A model generated the notes under the pieces. It did no database searches, was not told the origin of the DNA, and saw only the letters and a list, made by a program, of their open reading frames with translations. A DNA stretch of 64,000 nucleotides from the human T2T-CHM13v2.0 reference genome, Homo sapiens, in NCBI RefSeq assembly GCF_009914755.1, contig NC_060926.1; one strand, written 5' to 3'. The position numbers and the translations under genes were made by a program. Numbering within the stretch: the stretch's first letter is position 1; each line of letters starts with the position of its first letter. Below, piece after piece: positions 29,649-47,175 of this stretch.

Positions 29649-32600
29649 ATGCACACACATGCACGCACAGATGTGGGCATGTAGAGGCTCACGAGCTGGG
29701 GCTGTGAGGGGAGAAAAACAAGTTAAATACAATCATCTTCTTACCTCTGTAATTTTCTCCTTGGCATTTGCCTTTGATTAATGGTCCTGTGTCACCCCCT
29801 CCCCAGCCTGCATACCTGGGGATCAGATTTCAGTTTCCTAGTGTGTCCTGGTCTCAGGCCCTCGACAGGAGGAGCTGGGTCTCCTGGAGCGGTTGGGGGA
29901 GGGTCCCGTGCCAGCCAGGAGGGCAAATCTGGCCAGCTTAGCCCTACCCCAGTGTCCTGATGCCCACTGGCCAAGAGGGCCTGGCCCGAAAGCACTTTGT
30001 GGAGCAGCGGCCCTGCTCCATCCAGGTCCTTCCCTGTGGCAGCGTGGGGACTTTCATGGCTGTCGTCCATTCCTGGGATTTGGCGCCCCGGCAGGCCCCA
30101 CGGTGGCTTCTCTGCTTTCCTGCCGCTTCTCTCTCCATTCCCTCATTTCCGCTCTCTTCTCTCAGCAGTCCTTGCATGTTTCAAGACCGTCAGCAGATTG
30201 CCAGTGAGGATGAGTTTCTCTTAGTGTGGAGAAAAAATGTTTATGGTGAAATCACAGAGGCACAACCTGGCCAGCCCCTCTGTCCACCGCCCCACTCTCT
30301 CCAAGTTCCCTCTCCCCATGAGGGCTCTTCCAGCAGTGAGCTTTTGTTGTCTGGAGATGCCTTGACTATCAGGGATGGAAGAGAAGAGGGAATTCGCCTG
30401 GCCCAGCCAAGCCGAGAGCGCATCTGCACAGATGCTGCCCGTGGGGCCTGCAGTCTGGAAGGGAGGACAGGAGAGTGATGGGGACCCCTGACCCTGTTGG
30501 CAGATGGCATCTGTGCCTCTGGACCACTGGGCTCTGTGTGCTCAGGTGGACAGTGTTTGCCCACTCTCCTCTCCCCCAGCTAGGCTCTGTCTTGAACACA
30601 TACAAGACACACACACTCGGTGGGTGCCCTGGCCTCTGTGGTCTGGAGCCTGGGAAAGAAAGCTGCTGAGGACCAGGAGAGATGTGGGGGAGGTGAGATG
30701 AGACTGCCTCCCCAACCCCCATCTTCCCTGTTCTCAGCCTGGGCCTCAGGAGTGCGTTTCTGGCTGCCGAACCCCTCCAGGCAGGCTGCAATCTGCAATC
30801 ATCGTTAAATCGGCTTGCAGTTAATTTGGACATTGTTACTGGGGGATGGGGCCCGGGAGCACTCCCTTCCAGCTGTGGGGGTCTGCCGAGTTAATGCTAC
30901 AGTTGGCTGGTTTCCCCCTGACCATTTTGGCCCTGGCTTTGGTAAATCATTTAATGAGTGCCCCTGTGGGTCTCAGTTTAAGCCTGCAGGGAGAGGCCCA
31001 GGCCTCTCTCGGGTCCCTGGACTTCCAGCTCATGCGCCCTTCGCTCAGAGAGCTCTGTTGCCTTGGAAACAATATGCAATATTTTTCTACTATCTAAATG
31101 GGAGCCCCCCTCCTCAGATACCTCACTGTCAGTAACTGCTTCCTATGGGGAGCAACATTTTTCTGGGTCCCCAGCATGATAGGTGGTGCGGCTGGGGTCT
31201 CAGGAAGGTGGGCCATTCGGCCATCTTTCTAGTGAGCTGGGCACCGGGGATCCCAAGGGGCCAGGGCTCTGGGTTGAGCCCAGGCTCCCTGATGCCCCAC
31301 TGTCCCCAGACAGGTGTAAATACCCCGAGATCACAGGCTGCTTTGAGGGCCAAAGGGACAGTGAGGGTTCCAGGGCTTTGGTGTTTGAGCCTTGGTGTTG
31401 ATTGGGCACAGTAGGCAGAGGCAGCGCTGGGGCGGGATTTAGGGGTTCTGCCTCTGTGTGGGGCTTTATGGAGGAAATGCCTTCGCCTCCAAGCAGGGAC
31501 ATCTGCGCTTTCCTGTCTACTTTCTGGTAGCCTGTAATGCTGCCTTCTGCACTTCTGCTCATAATGGTGCCTCTGAGGGTTTGGCTCTGCAGGCTGGAGC
31601 GGAGCTGGGAGGGTGGCAGCGTGGCTGAGCCCGGGTGTGTGCTGGGGGACATCAGCAGGGCCATGAGAGAGAAGTGCCCACCCGCAGTCTAGGTAAGGTG
31701 GGGGATCCCCAGCCTTCACAGTGAGGGGTCTTGGCAGGAACCCCTGCCCTTCTCAGCCACACCTGCCACTGCTGCTCTTCAGCTGGGGCCGTGGAAGCCT
31801 CACCTTCTCCCTGCTCTGTCTTCTCTAACCTCCCTCGGTGGGGCCTCCGAGCCCAGCCCCTCCCCCAGGACAGGGAGACACGGGACCCAGCTCAAGTTCT
31901 GCAGACCAGCATTAAGGCGGAAAGGCGGAAAGGCGAGGCTGCCCTTTGCCATAAAGCTAGCAGGCCTCACCTTGTCGGTGAATTTGATTTGTGGAGCAGG
32001 CCCTCGGGCTCTCCCACGTAGCGCTTTGACTTTTTTTTTTTTTCCTTTTCTGTCTTTCTGGTTGTTAGCAATCTCACAAGCTAGTTTCCCTGGTTTTCCA
32101 GAATGCAGAAGCAAAAGTCTGGCCACAATGCAGCCTCAACAGCTGTCCACAGAGTCAGCCCTAAAAAGGAAAGGCTCGGCTGATAAAGATCTGCTATTTT
32201 TATCTAGCACTTGATCCTTTACAAAGGGCTTTTAGGTTCTTTGTCTCGTTTAATCCCAGCAAAACCCCTGTCACGCAGAGTCTGTCCACATTTTGCATGG
32301 GAGACCCGAGAAGGGGGAGGTTGCAGGGCCCCGCTGGGCCTGTAGCCCCACTTGACCCCTAAATACAATCTGAGCCCTGGTGTTTGTTGTGTCCCGAGGG
32401 CAGATTTCCCAGCTGCTGTAGGCAGCCTGGCCTGTGTCAGGGTCAGCCACCTTTCCTTAAGACCTGCTCAGGAGCGCCAGAGGGGCAGGAGGGCATCCCT
32501 GGTGCCTGGTTTGCAAGAGCTCCTGGGTGGTTCGATCCCTGGGAGATGCCAACAGAAGGTGTCACCCCCGTCTCTTGCTGCTCCCGGGAGTCCATTGGAA

Positions 32601-34578
32601 AATCAAAGCCATTTAGTCCCAACCCCCTGTGGCCAGCAGCTGTTCCTGAGGGCCCTGGGCACTGTGGCCATGCCCGTCACTTGCTGGTGACCTTGGTTAG
32701 TGCCCCTGGCTGCTGAGGAGATGACAGTGGGCAGGTGGTCCATATGATCACGGGACCCCTAAAGCAGGGCAAGGTGGGGAGAGGCCCCGGCCTCCTCATG
32801 GGCCAGGCAGTGCGGGCAGTGGTTTGACCTCCCACACCCACCCAGCAGGCTCCCTTGCGGGCAGACTTGAGTGTGAGGGTGCAGGACAGGCAGGGGCACC
32901 CCATGGTGAGGATGCTGGGGGCCTGCTGACCTGCTCACGCATGTCCGCAGTGAAGGGGGGGTCCTCCAGACATTTTCTGTCCTTTTCCTAAGCAGGGCGG
33001 GTCAGACCCTCAGCTCCCCAGGGCCCAGGCCCCACACTCCCCTGTGCTCTAAAAGGGTGGGAGGTGAAACCTGAGGAGCGAAGCAGGTGCCCCCAGGGCA
33101 GGACCCCTGTGCTGTGCTGAGAGATAGGGCCTGTCCTGAGTCACTTAGGCCTGAACCACCCCCCTCCAGGGGGAAGGGAGAAAGGAAATCTGTTCCCATC
33201 CCAGAACGCCTGGCCGGAAAGGGCCTGAGAGGTCACTTGGTCTGACCTGCTCATTTTGCAGATGGGGAAGCCGAGGCCCAGAAAGTGCTAAGCAGGCAGG
33301 TAGTGGCAGAGCCAGAATGAGAAGCTTCAGGCTCTGGGGCTGGATCCCCTCCTCTCCCCAATACTGCGGCAGTCCGCAGGGACTGACCTCTAACCTCACT
33401 CTTGGCCGTATGTGGACACCACGGAGGAAGGATTAAATGGTGAACATTGGAGGCAGAGACTGGCCCCGGGGCTTTTGCATTATCTCCAAGGGTGAGCAAG
33501 GGCCCGGGGGAAGGCATAGGAGGTAGGGAGGAGAAGAGACAGGAAATTGACCAAGCTCACCTGGCTGGCTCTCGTCAGTGCTCTGGGTAAAGCAGTTTTG
33601 TTGAATTTTATACTCACACACCTACGTCCACCACCCCACACATGTGTGGCCTGGAGATGGGTTAGGTTGGCTTCTTGGCAGCCCTGCAGCTATGATCTTG
33701 AGCCCAATTCTGGCTCCCAGAGCAGATTTTTCCAGGATCCTTCTAGCCTGGCCTTCCGGACAGCCACATTTCTCTCCTGGCAGGAGCTCCCTGGTGGATG
33801 GAAGCTTCCGGGCTTCATCCTGTAGCTGTTACACCACTTGTAACAGCCTGCTTGACTGCCGGTCGGTGCCTGTGGGGGGCCAGTGTGGATCGCAGGCCTA
33901 GAGCTCCCTGGCTGGGGACAAGCACCCATGCCCAGACCCCATGGGGCTCCTGGAGCCCCTGCCCCCATCAGTCACAGCCTCCTTGGTGGAGTTGAGCAGC
34001 CTTTACACAGCCTGCCCACCTCCTATTGTCCTCATTTTAGTCTACCCTCTGCACCTTGGTTTTAGAGTGGATCTTGTCACTCCCCAGCTCAAAAGCCTTC
34101 CCGGGCTCCCCATCGTCCAGAGCAGCAGCTCCCAGCCTGCCTGGTGTGTCTCAATTCCTACAGAGATTTCTAAGTCCCTAAAGTCACCGAGGCCAGGTCG
34201 GCACATCCCCTATCTTCTGTTTGAAAGAATATACCACGGTCACGACTGGTATAAGCAAGAGGCCTAAGAGCTCAGATAACTCAAAATGCACCTGCTGAAC
34301 CCACTGCATCTCTTTCGGTGGCTTCCAGGTGTGTCTTGGTTTCTCTTTCGAGGTGTGTCTCCTTTTCTCTTTCGAGGTTTGTCTCGGTTTCTCTTTAGCC
34401 AGGACGAGTCCGGGTGACCCTGGTGGGCCTTCCTTTCCCTTCTAGGTGTCATCTCCTTCCCTCCCTTTCCCCCAAGACTCCCTCCGGGCCCAGCCAGCAG
34501 GTGAAGCCTGACTTAGGGAAGGGGGGATTTCCAGGGGAGGGGCCCTGGCCCCCACTGACCCAGCATTGCTATCCACAG

Positions 34579-34719
34579 GAGGAGCAGCCCCCACAACATC
34601 GATCCAAGAGGGGGAGCTCAGTGGGCGGCGTGTGCTACCTGTCGATGGGCATGGTCGTGCTGCTCATGGGCCTCGTGTTCGCCTCTGTCTACATCTACAG
34701 ATACTTCTTTCTTGCACAG
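34579..34719 (+). CDS. ITM2C: ITM2C exon 2 (aa 41-87, type II transmembrane helix)
   Basis: Acceptor ccacag|GAG; EEQPPQHRSKRGSSVGGVCYLSMGMVVLLMGLVFASVYIYRYFFLAQ; donor CAG|GTGAGG. Confidence 0.97.
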
Positions 34720-36781
34720 GTGAGGGGCCGGGCCAGGTAGGGGCAAGGCCTCGAGAAAGGGTCACGTCTAGAGAGGCATGGAGGGAAGTGTCTGCAAGGG
34801 GGCAGCAGGAAGCCCCAGACATGCCCTCAGGTGGGAGCGAGTGCCCGGCCAGCCCACAAGACTGGGGTGCCCCCTCCTCCTTGGGGCCTCCTTGGATGCA
34901 GGCCAGTCCCACCTTTAGCCCCTTGTCCTGGGGAGCCAAGCATGAATCCGGGTGACAGCACTGGGCCCGCCCCACAGGGTCACCCTGGGGAATTCTCACC
35001 AGAAACTCAGATCTGGCAGAAACTGGAACTGTGATCCCCCTCCACAGCTCAGACCCTGCACCTGCAGGTCACGCTTTAAGGCTGACCTAACTGTGCTTGT
35101 GCATGGACATTTGGGTTACCAAACAAGAGAGGGAGAGGGGTGGGTACAGAGAGTCTCCACCACCTCCTTCCAGAAGCAGGAGTGTGTCCTTGCTGCCAAC
35201 TATCATCCCCCTCCCCGGGGGACCTGGGCACAAAGCTGGGCCAACCCAGACCTGGGAGGGAGGGAGTGTCGCTGTGTGCTTGGAAATGAAAGTAGGTAAA
35301 TTAAAAGGATAAACCTACGTACAACTCACAGAGAACCTCAGGGTGACAAAGAGGTGGGACTTGCCAGTCATTTATGACCCAAGTGACCTCCCACTCCTAA
35401 GCGTTTAACTTTGTTGTCCCCCAGTTTTTCCACGATGGAAATTGCTGAAGAGTTTGCATTCACGGGGCTTTCCCCTTGAAAGCTCAGCTCACATACACCC
35501 ATCACCTTCCTTTCTGTGCAGCATCCCCCTGCCCCGCCCCACTCCCTCCATGGCCTGCGTCCCCCTCGTTCCAGGGTCCTGTGTGGGACCTTCCCACAGG
35601 CCTCTTCCTGTTGTGGCCCTACCCTAGGACCTGGGCCAGCATTTCCTGGTCCCCTCTGTTCCACCCTCGACTCACACCCTTCTCCCCACACCCCAATTCG
35701 TTGTGTGGACACCTCCCAGCAGCCCCTGGGTCTGTGCCCTGGGACAGTATTCGGGGTGTCCAGCCACTGTGGGATGCAGCCCCGGAGCCTCACCTTCCCT
35801 GGGCTCTCATCCCCGCACAGCCCACAGGAGCCCCCCATGCTGCGATGACGCATCCTCCCTGGAGAACTTGCACTGAATCAAACAGACGGTGGAATCCTGC
35901 CGATCCCAGGCCAGGCAGTCCCAAGCATGTATCTACAGGCCCCTCCAGGAGCCCCCTCCAGAAGTAAGAGTGGGCAGACTGGCCCGCCCGGCCATTCAGT
36001 TGATGGGATCGCACCAGGCTGCCTGGCCTCCCTTACTGATGGAGTGACTGGACTGGCCCACCAGACACAGTGTCTGTCAAGGTTTCTCCAAGACAGGGGT
36101 CAGGGATATCCAGGAAGGGCGATGGCACTTGTCCGAGGCTGGATGTGGAGGTAACCGTGATAGGGGCACAAGACTCTTAACAGTGTTGCCTCCAGCTCCA
36201 CCTCCCCACCCGCCGTGTTAGGCCCCTCCAGGTCTGCAGGCCAGGACAGCAGGTGACAGGAAAGGCAGTCGTGCACAGGCGTAGGTGCCCAACTCTTAGG
36301 TTCGTCCTTGACCCCCTGCCAACCCCAGGCTCTTTCTCTGGTGTCTGCACCTCTGTGGAGGGCACGGAGGTGGCCAGGTCCTAGTCCTGCTGGGCCACCC
36401 CTTTTCCCAGTCACCGACTCAAGGACTTGGAGGCCAGAAGGGACCTTAGGGATCATCATGCTTTACTGATGGGGAAACTGAGGCCCAGAGAGGTCTGCCA
36501 CCTAGAACCTGGCAGACCCAGCTCATCCTCCCTTCCGTTTGTGAAGCTGGGAAGCGCCTTGCCCAAGAATCAGCTCATCTCCTCACTGGCAGCCCCAGAC
36601 CCTGACCTGATGCCCCACCGTCTCAGTTTCTCCATCTGCGAAATGGGTCTCACAGTCCCTGCTCTTCTTGCTTCCGCAGGCTTTTGGGGCATGTAGCGGA
36701 CGGGTAGGCAAGAGGGGGCCTTGCGGAGTGCGTGTATGACCAGCCTCTCTGACTGTCTGTCTGTCTCTCCGCCTTGCTCAG

Positions 36782-36970
36782 CTGGCCCGAGATAACTTCT
36801 TCCGCTGTGGTGTGCTGTATGAGGACTCCCTGTCCTCCCAGGTCCGGACTCAGATGGAGCTGGAAGAGGATGTGAAAATCTACCTCGACGAGAACTACGA
36901 GCGCATCAACGTGCCTGTGCCCCAGTTTGGCGGCGGTGACCCTGCAGACATCATCCATGACTTCCAGCGG
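36782..36970 (+). CDS. ITM2C: ITM2C exon 3 (aa 88-150, linker and start of BRICHOS)
   Basis: gctcag|CTG; LARDNFFRCGVLYED...FGGGDPADIIHDFQR; CGG|GTGAGG. Confidence 0.97.
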
Positions 36971-37328
36971 GTGAGGCTGGCCAGGGCCTGGGGGTGGGGG
37001 GTGGGAGGGTGTCCCGGGGACTCAGGGCAAGGGGAGCAGGGATGAAAGGAGACTCCTCGGAGTACAGCAGGTGTCTACGGTTAGGCTTACCAGGGTCTTC
37101 AAGACACTGCTTTTCTCCTGTTAGCAACAATGGTTCTTGCTGAGTATGAAGCAGCCGAGGCTGATTTTCTCCTCAGCCTCCTGCCAGCTGCACGCTGGCT
37201 GTCATGGCAGGACCAGTGCGTTGTATCGAGGGGTAGTACATTCACCATCGAGTGCATTGCGTGTACAGCTCAGCGGGTCTCTGCAGAGTGGGTCTCATGC
37301 GTATTCATGTAACCCCCATGGGTCCTGA

Positions 37329-37939
<611 letters not shown>

Positions 37940-38018
37940 CTGGCCAAAGCTTCTTGCAGCCCTGCCTGGGTCAGCTGTCACCTCCTGCAGAGACTGACCC
38001 AACCCCTTCTCCTGCCAG

Positions 38019-38129
38019 GGTCTGACTGCGTACCATGATATCTCCCTGGACAAGTGCTATGTCATCGAACTCAACACCACCATTGTGCTGCCCCCTCGCA
38101 ACTTCTGGGAGCTCCTCATGAACGTGAAG
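38019..38129 (+). CDS. ITM2C: ITM2C exon 4 (aa 151-187, BRICHOS)
   Basis: tgccag|GGT; GLTAYHDISLDKCYVIELNTTIVLPPRNFWELLMNVK; AAG|GTGCGC. Confidence 0.97.
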
Positions 38130-38561
38130 GTGCGCAGGGGGTTGGGGGGATGTCTGCAGCATCCTGTCCCTCCCTTGCCCCCTGTCTCATGGAGGCTAGG
38201 TCTGAGGTACAGGAAGTTCCTGTGTCAGGGGTTGGGGGAGCAAGAGACATTGCTGGCACCTGGGCCCTGTACCCAGATTGGTCTCGCCTCTGCTATCCCC
38301 CTGCTTCCACATCTCCAGAGTCAATGCCCCGAGACCGGCTTCCTTAGTGTTCAAGGTTGTACCCTGGGTACGGACTCGTGCGCATGCCATTGCTCCTGGC
38401 AGCACAGGTGCAGGCACCGGGCACAGGCAGGAAGTGCCTGAGGACATCAGAAGGGCCAGCCCAGGGGCCTCTGGAGGAGGGAGGTGGGCTGGCATTTCGG
38501 GCGAGGGGTTGGACGAAAGCCTGAGGGGCCGACTCACTGTGGCGGCCACCTTGTTTTGCAG

Positions 38562-38712
38562 AGGGGGACCTACCTGCCGCAGACGTACATCATCCAGGAG
38601 GAGATGGTGGTCACGGAGCATGTCAGTGACAAGGAGGCCCTGGGGTCCTTCATCTACCACCTGTGCAACGGGAAAGACACCTACCGGCTCCGGCGCCGGG
38701 CAACGCGGAGGC
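38562..38712 (+). CDS. ITM2C: ITM2C exon 5 (aa 188-237 plus 1 nt)
   Basis: ttgcag|AGG; RGTYLPQTYIIQEEM...LCNGKDTYRLRRRATRR; GC|GTGAGT (phase 1). Confidence 0.97.
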
Positions 38713-39169
38713 GTGAGTGGCTGGCTTCACCCACAGTAGCCCCTGTCCCGTGCCCCAGACCACAGTTATCTTCACGCCTAGCCCAGCTGTCAGAGAGCTC
38801 AGATAGCAGCAGCAATAACAGCTAGCATTAGCAGAGCACTTCCGTGTGCCGGGCAATGCTGTGTGCTCTTTATGACCTCTTAAGAGTGTAAGTCATTCTC
38901 ATCCTCATTATTATTTTTGCTGCCCATTTTAAAGATGAGGAAACAGGTGCAGAGAGGTTAACACCCTGGAGGTCACACAGCAGGGAGGTGGCAGACATGG
39001 GCAGGCTGACTCCAGCTTTCGAGCTCTCCCCATTTCTCACTGTGCTCTTTGGGTGAATCTGGGTGAATGGTGTCACTTCCTGGCCCTCCTGTGGCTCAGG
39101 CTGAGGCTGGTGGTCTTTGTGACTCAGCCAGGATGCAGGGCTCACTGGGGTTTTTCTTTTTCCTCCCAG

Positions 39170-39261
39170 GGATCAACAAGCGTGGGGCCAAGAACTGCAA
39201 TGCCATCCGCCACTTCGAGAACACCTTCGTGGTGGAGACGCTCATCTGCGGGGTGGTGTGA
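39170..39261 (+). CDS. ITM2C: ITM2C exon 6 coding part (furin site RINKR and 25-aa C-terminal peptide, stop TGA)
   Basis: tcccag|GG; (R)[29 protein letters not shown]; spliced total is 267 aa. Confidence 0.97.
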
Positions 39262-40410
39262 GGCCCTCCTCCCCCAGAACCCCCTGCCGTGTTCCTCTTT
39301 TCTTCTTTCCGGCTGCTCTCTGGCCCTCCTCCTTCCCCCTGCTTAGCTTGTACTTTGGACGCGTTTCTATAGAGGTGACATGTCTCTCCATTCCTCTCCA
39401 ACCCTGCCCACCTCCCTGTACCAGAGCTGTGATCTCTCGGTGGGGGGCCCATCTCTGCTGACCTGGGTGTGGCGGAGGGAGAGGCGATGCTGCAAAGTGT
39501 TTTCTGTGTCCCACTGTCTTGAAGCTGGGCCTGCCAAAGCCTGGGCCCACAGCTGCACCGGCAGCCCAAGGGGAAGGACCGGTTGGGAGAGCCGGGCATG
39601 TGAGGCCCTGGGCAAGGGGATGGGGCTGTGGGGGCGGGGCGGCATGGGCTTCAGAAGTATCTGCACAATTAGAAAAGTCCTCAGAAGCTTTTTCTTGGAG
39701 GGTACACTTTCTTCACTGTCCCTATTCCTAGACCTGGGGCTTGAGCTGAGGATGGGACGATGTGCCCAGGGAGGGACCCACCAGAGCACAAGAGAAGGTG
39801 GCTACCTGGGGGTGTCCCAGGGACTCTGTCAGTGCCTTCAGCCCACCAGCAGGAGCTTGGAGTTTGGGGAGTGGGGATGAGTCCGTCAAGCACAACTGTT
39901 CTCTGAGTGGAACCAAAGAAGCAAGGAGCTAGGACCCCCAGTCCTGCCCCCCAGGAGCACAAGCAGGGTCCCCTCAGTCAAGGCAGTGGGATGGGCGGCT
40001 GAGGAACGGGGCAGGCAAGGTCACTGCTCAGTCACGTCCACGGGGGACGAGCCGTGGGTTCTGCTGAGTAGGTGGAGCTCATTGCTTTCTCCAAGCTTGG
40101 AACTGTTTTGAAAGATAACACAGAGGGAAAGGGAGAGCCACCTGGTACTTGTCCACCCTGCCTCCTCTGTTCTGAAATTCCATCCCCCTCAGCTTAGGGG
40201 AATGCACCTTTTTCCCTTTCCTTCTCACTTTTGCATGTTTTTACTGATCATTCGATATGCTAACCGTTCTCAGCCCTGAGCCTTGGAGAGGAGGGCTGTA
40301 ACGCCTTCAGTCAGTCTCTGGGGATGAAACTCTTAAATGCTTTGTATATTTTCTCAATTAGATCTCTTTTCAGAAGTGTCTATAGAACAATAAAAATCTT
40401 TTACTTCTGA
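39262..40410 (+). other. ITM2C: ITM2C 3' UTR
   Basis: Runs from the stop codon to just past the polyA signal; exact end approximate. Confidence 0.8.
40389..40394 (+). terminator. ITM2C: Polyadenylation signal AATAAA of ITM2C
   Basis: AATAAA with a U-rich upstream element (tttgtata) and GU-rich sequence downstream. Confidence 0.85.
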
Positions 40411-41470
40411 CCTTGACTTGAGTGTGGCTGGAGGGGAGATGGGTGTAGGAGGGGTGCTCCGGGCAGGGTCGAGGAGCTGGACCTCGGGAGCAGCAGGCAG
40501 GGAGAAGCCTGCAGACCTTGACATCTGGCCCCTAAAGAGCTGGGCATCCTGGATTCAGCCAAGGAGTGTAGGATATCCCCTTCGTAGCACCCTGGATCTG
40601 AGCCAGGTAGAGTTCACACTTTCCGGGTGAGGAGGGGAACAGGGCTGGGAGAGCTTACCGACTCGCCCAAGGTCGTGCTGCTTTAAGTGCCTGTAAACCA
40701 CCCTGTAATGTTCTACCTGGCAGATGACATCATTATTGCATGTCCTTAAGCACAAGGGCGGTGTCCTATTCTCCACCACGTCTGGACAATTTGTAACCAT
40801 TCCTGGAGGATCTGAAGTGAGGTTTGGTGTGATAATCACAGGGTCACATTCTCCAGAGAATTCTGGAAGCGGCAGGAGAGCTGGCCAGAGCCATGTCTAG
40901 GTGGACCCCAGAGGTGGGACCTATATCCTGCCCTGGGGACCAGGATGGGTGCCCACCTGCTTGGTGCTGTTAAGCCTCAGTACCCAGTGAGGGCCATAAA
41001 ATACTCAAATTAGTGCAGACACACCTTGTTCCCAGATCCAAAGGCAATCATGCAAAGACATCAGTTTTTTTTTTTTTTCACATTTGCTGATTGAAATGCA
41101 TTGCAATCACAATTAAAATGCCAACTGAATTTATTTTTTAACTTGACACAAATAATTCTTTCAGGAAAGTAAACAGGGAATAGTCAGGTAGATCCTATAA
41201 ATGGTAAAGAACTCCCAAAGTGCTGGGATTACAGGCTGAGCCACCGCGCACCTGCCCAAGAGATATGTTTTTACAGGTCAAGTTAGGGTTGAATGTTTGT
41301 GAAGCATTTTTTTTTTTTTGAGACAGAGTTTCGCTCTTGTCGCCCAGGCTCCGATATAAAGCGTTATACACCACAATAATTAAGGAGTTCAGTGTAGCAA
41401 AGACAGAGCCCAGTGCAACCCAACAGAGGCCCAGACATTGACTTAAATTACACGGAAATTTAATATATGA

Positions 41471-42914
<1,444 letters not shown>

Positions 42915-43064
42915 TGAAGCATGTACTGTATACAAAACACTACGTGTAAGTCAGTGTGTAAGTTATAAAATGTATTAATCAACGTATCTCTGGAAACCCA
43001 CCAGCCAACTTATGAAACAAAAGACTACCAAATACCACTGAGAGTCTCTGCATGCTCTTCTCCT

Positions 43065-43530
43065 CTTCCTGTTGCATAACAAACCATCCCAAAACTTAGT
43101 GGCCTGACACAGTGGTTTATTATTTTTCCCGAGTCTGTGAGTTGCCTGAGTTCAGCTGGATGACCGAGGGGTCCCCGTGGGATAACGGCACCCTCTGCTG
43201 TATGTTCATCTGGGAGCTCAGCTGCGGCCCAAGCAACCAAGATGGCCTCTCACCCTCCAAGGGCCTCGCTCCACGTGGCCTCTAACCATTAATGGTCTAG
43301 CCCAGCCCTCCTTACAGCTTGTCAATTGAGCTCCAAAAGAGGGGAAGCAGAGGCTGACCATCCTTTAAGACCTGGCACCACAAATCCCAGAATGTTACTT
43401 CATTGCATTCTGTTGGTCAAAGCAAGTCACAAAACCAGTTCCGATTCAAGGGGAGGGAAAGACCCTGCAGATGGGGAGCAGCTTGCATGCTCAGGGATGC
43501 CAAGAACTGTTGGAAACTCAGACATCATCC
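43065..43530 (-). mobile_element. MLT1-type LTR
   Basis: tgcataacaaaccatcccaaaacttagtggc ... cattctgttggtcaaagcaagtcaca. Confidence 0.7.
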
Positions 43531-43689
43531 GAGCACTCCCCGCCATCCCTCTCCCCTCAGTATTTCATGGGGGACATTAAATGCCTGAATTAGTGCAAAG
43601 ACACACCTATTCTTAGAACCAAAGACAATCTTGAAAATATGTCAATTTTCCATAAATTAGCCAATCTTAAACTCTACTAATTAGCCAAT

Positions 43690-46450
<2,761 letters not shown>

Positions 46451-47134
46451 TTTGACAAAATCAAATTTTAAAATGCAATGTTTTTGGCCCAGAATGTATC
46501 CTATGGATGTACTCCATAGGATATGCAAAAGTATATGTACAAGCATATTTATTGTTATAATAGCAAGAAACTAAAGACAAATGTCCTTTAGTTGGAGACT
46601 TGGTATTTTAAAAAAGTATAGTATTTTGTTGCTATTACAAAGAATGAGGTAGATCTATTTGTGCTGATGTGTAAAGTTCTCCGAAATCTATAATTAGGGT
46701 AAAGCAGGTGGCGAGAGCAAGAATATATATTTATCTCTATCCCGTTTGTGAATTTTTTAAGTGATAGCGCTATGGCTGTGCATGTGCTATTTCTGGAAGT
46801 GCACTCAAAGCCTTGTAACACCAGTTCCCTCTGGAGAGCAAGGATGGCAGGAAGCTATAGGACTACGTCTCTTTCTACACCTTTTTATAATTCATGAGCA
46901 TGAGCATGTATTGGTCTCTGTACACCTGCCCCTGGGCTTGAGGAGGCCCTGCTGGCTGCAATGTCTCACTTTCACCTAACTGCACGGAGTCTCAGCCACT
47001 TCCCTCCAGCCCTCGAGGACTGTCACCCATCCTAGAATGGAGGCCTTGCATTAGGCCCGGGTTTGGCCAGAAGAATAGAGCAGTTGGAAATGTTAAGTTG
47101 ACATAAATAGGAAGCTCTGTAACCTCGTGCAAGT

Positions 47135-47175
47135 GTTGTCTTGGAAACCAGAGCCTGGGCGGTCTCCATGGAAAC
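47135..47175. promoter_or_regulatory. Tandem RFX X-box motifs
   Basis: GTTGTCTTGGAAAC (47135-47148) and GTCTCCATGGAAAC (47162-47175) versus consensus GTTGCCATGGCAAC. Confidence 0.55.
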
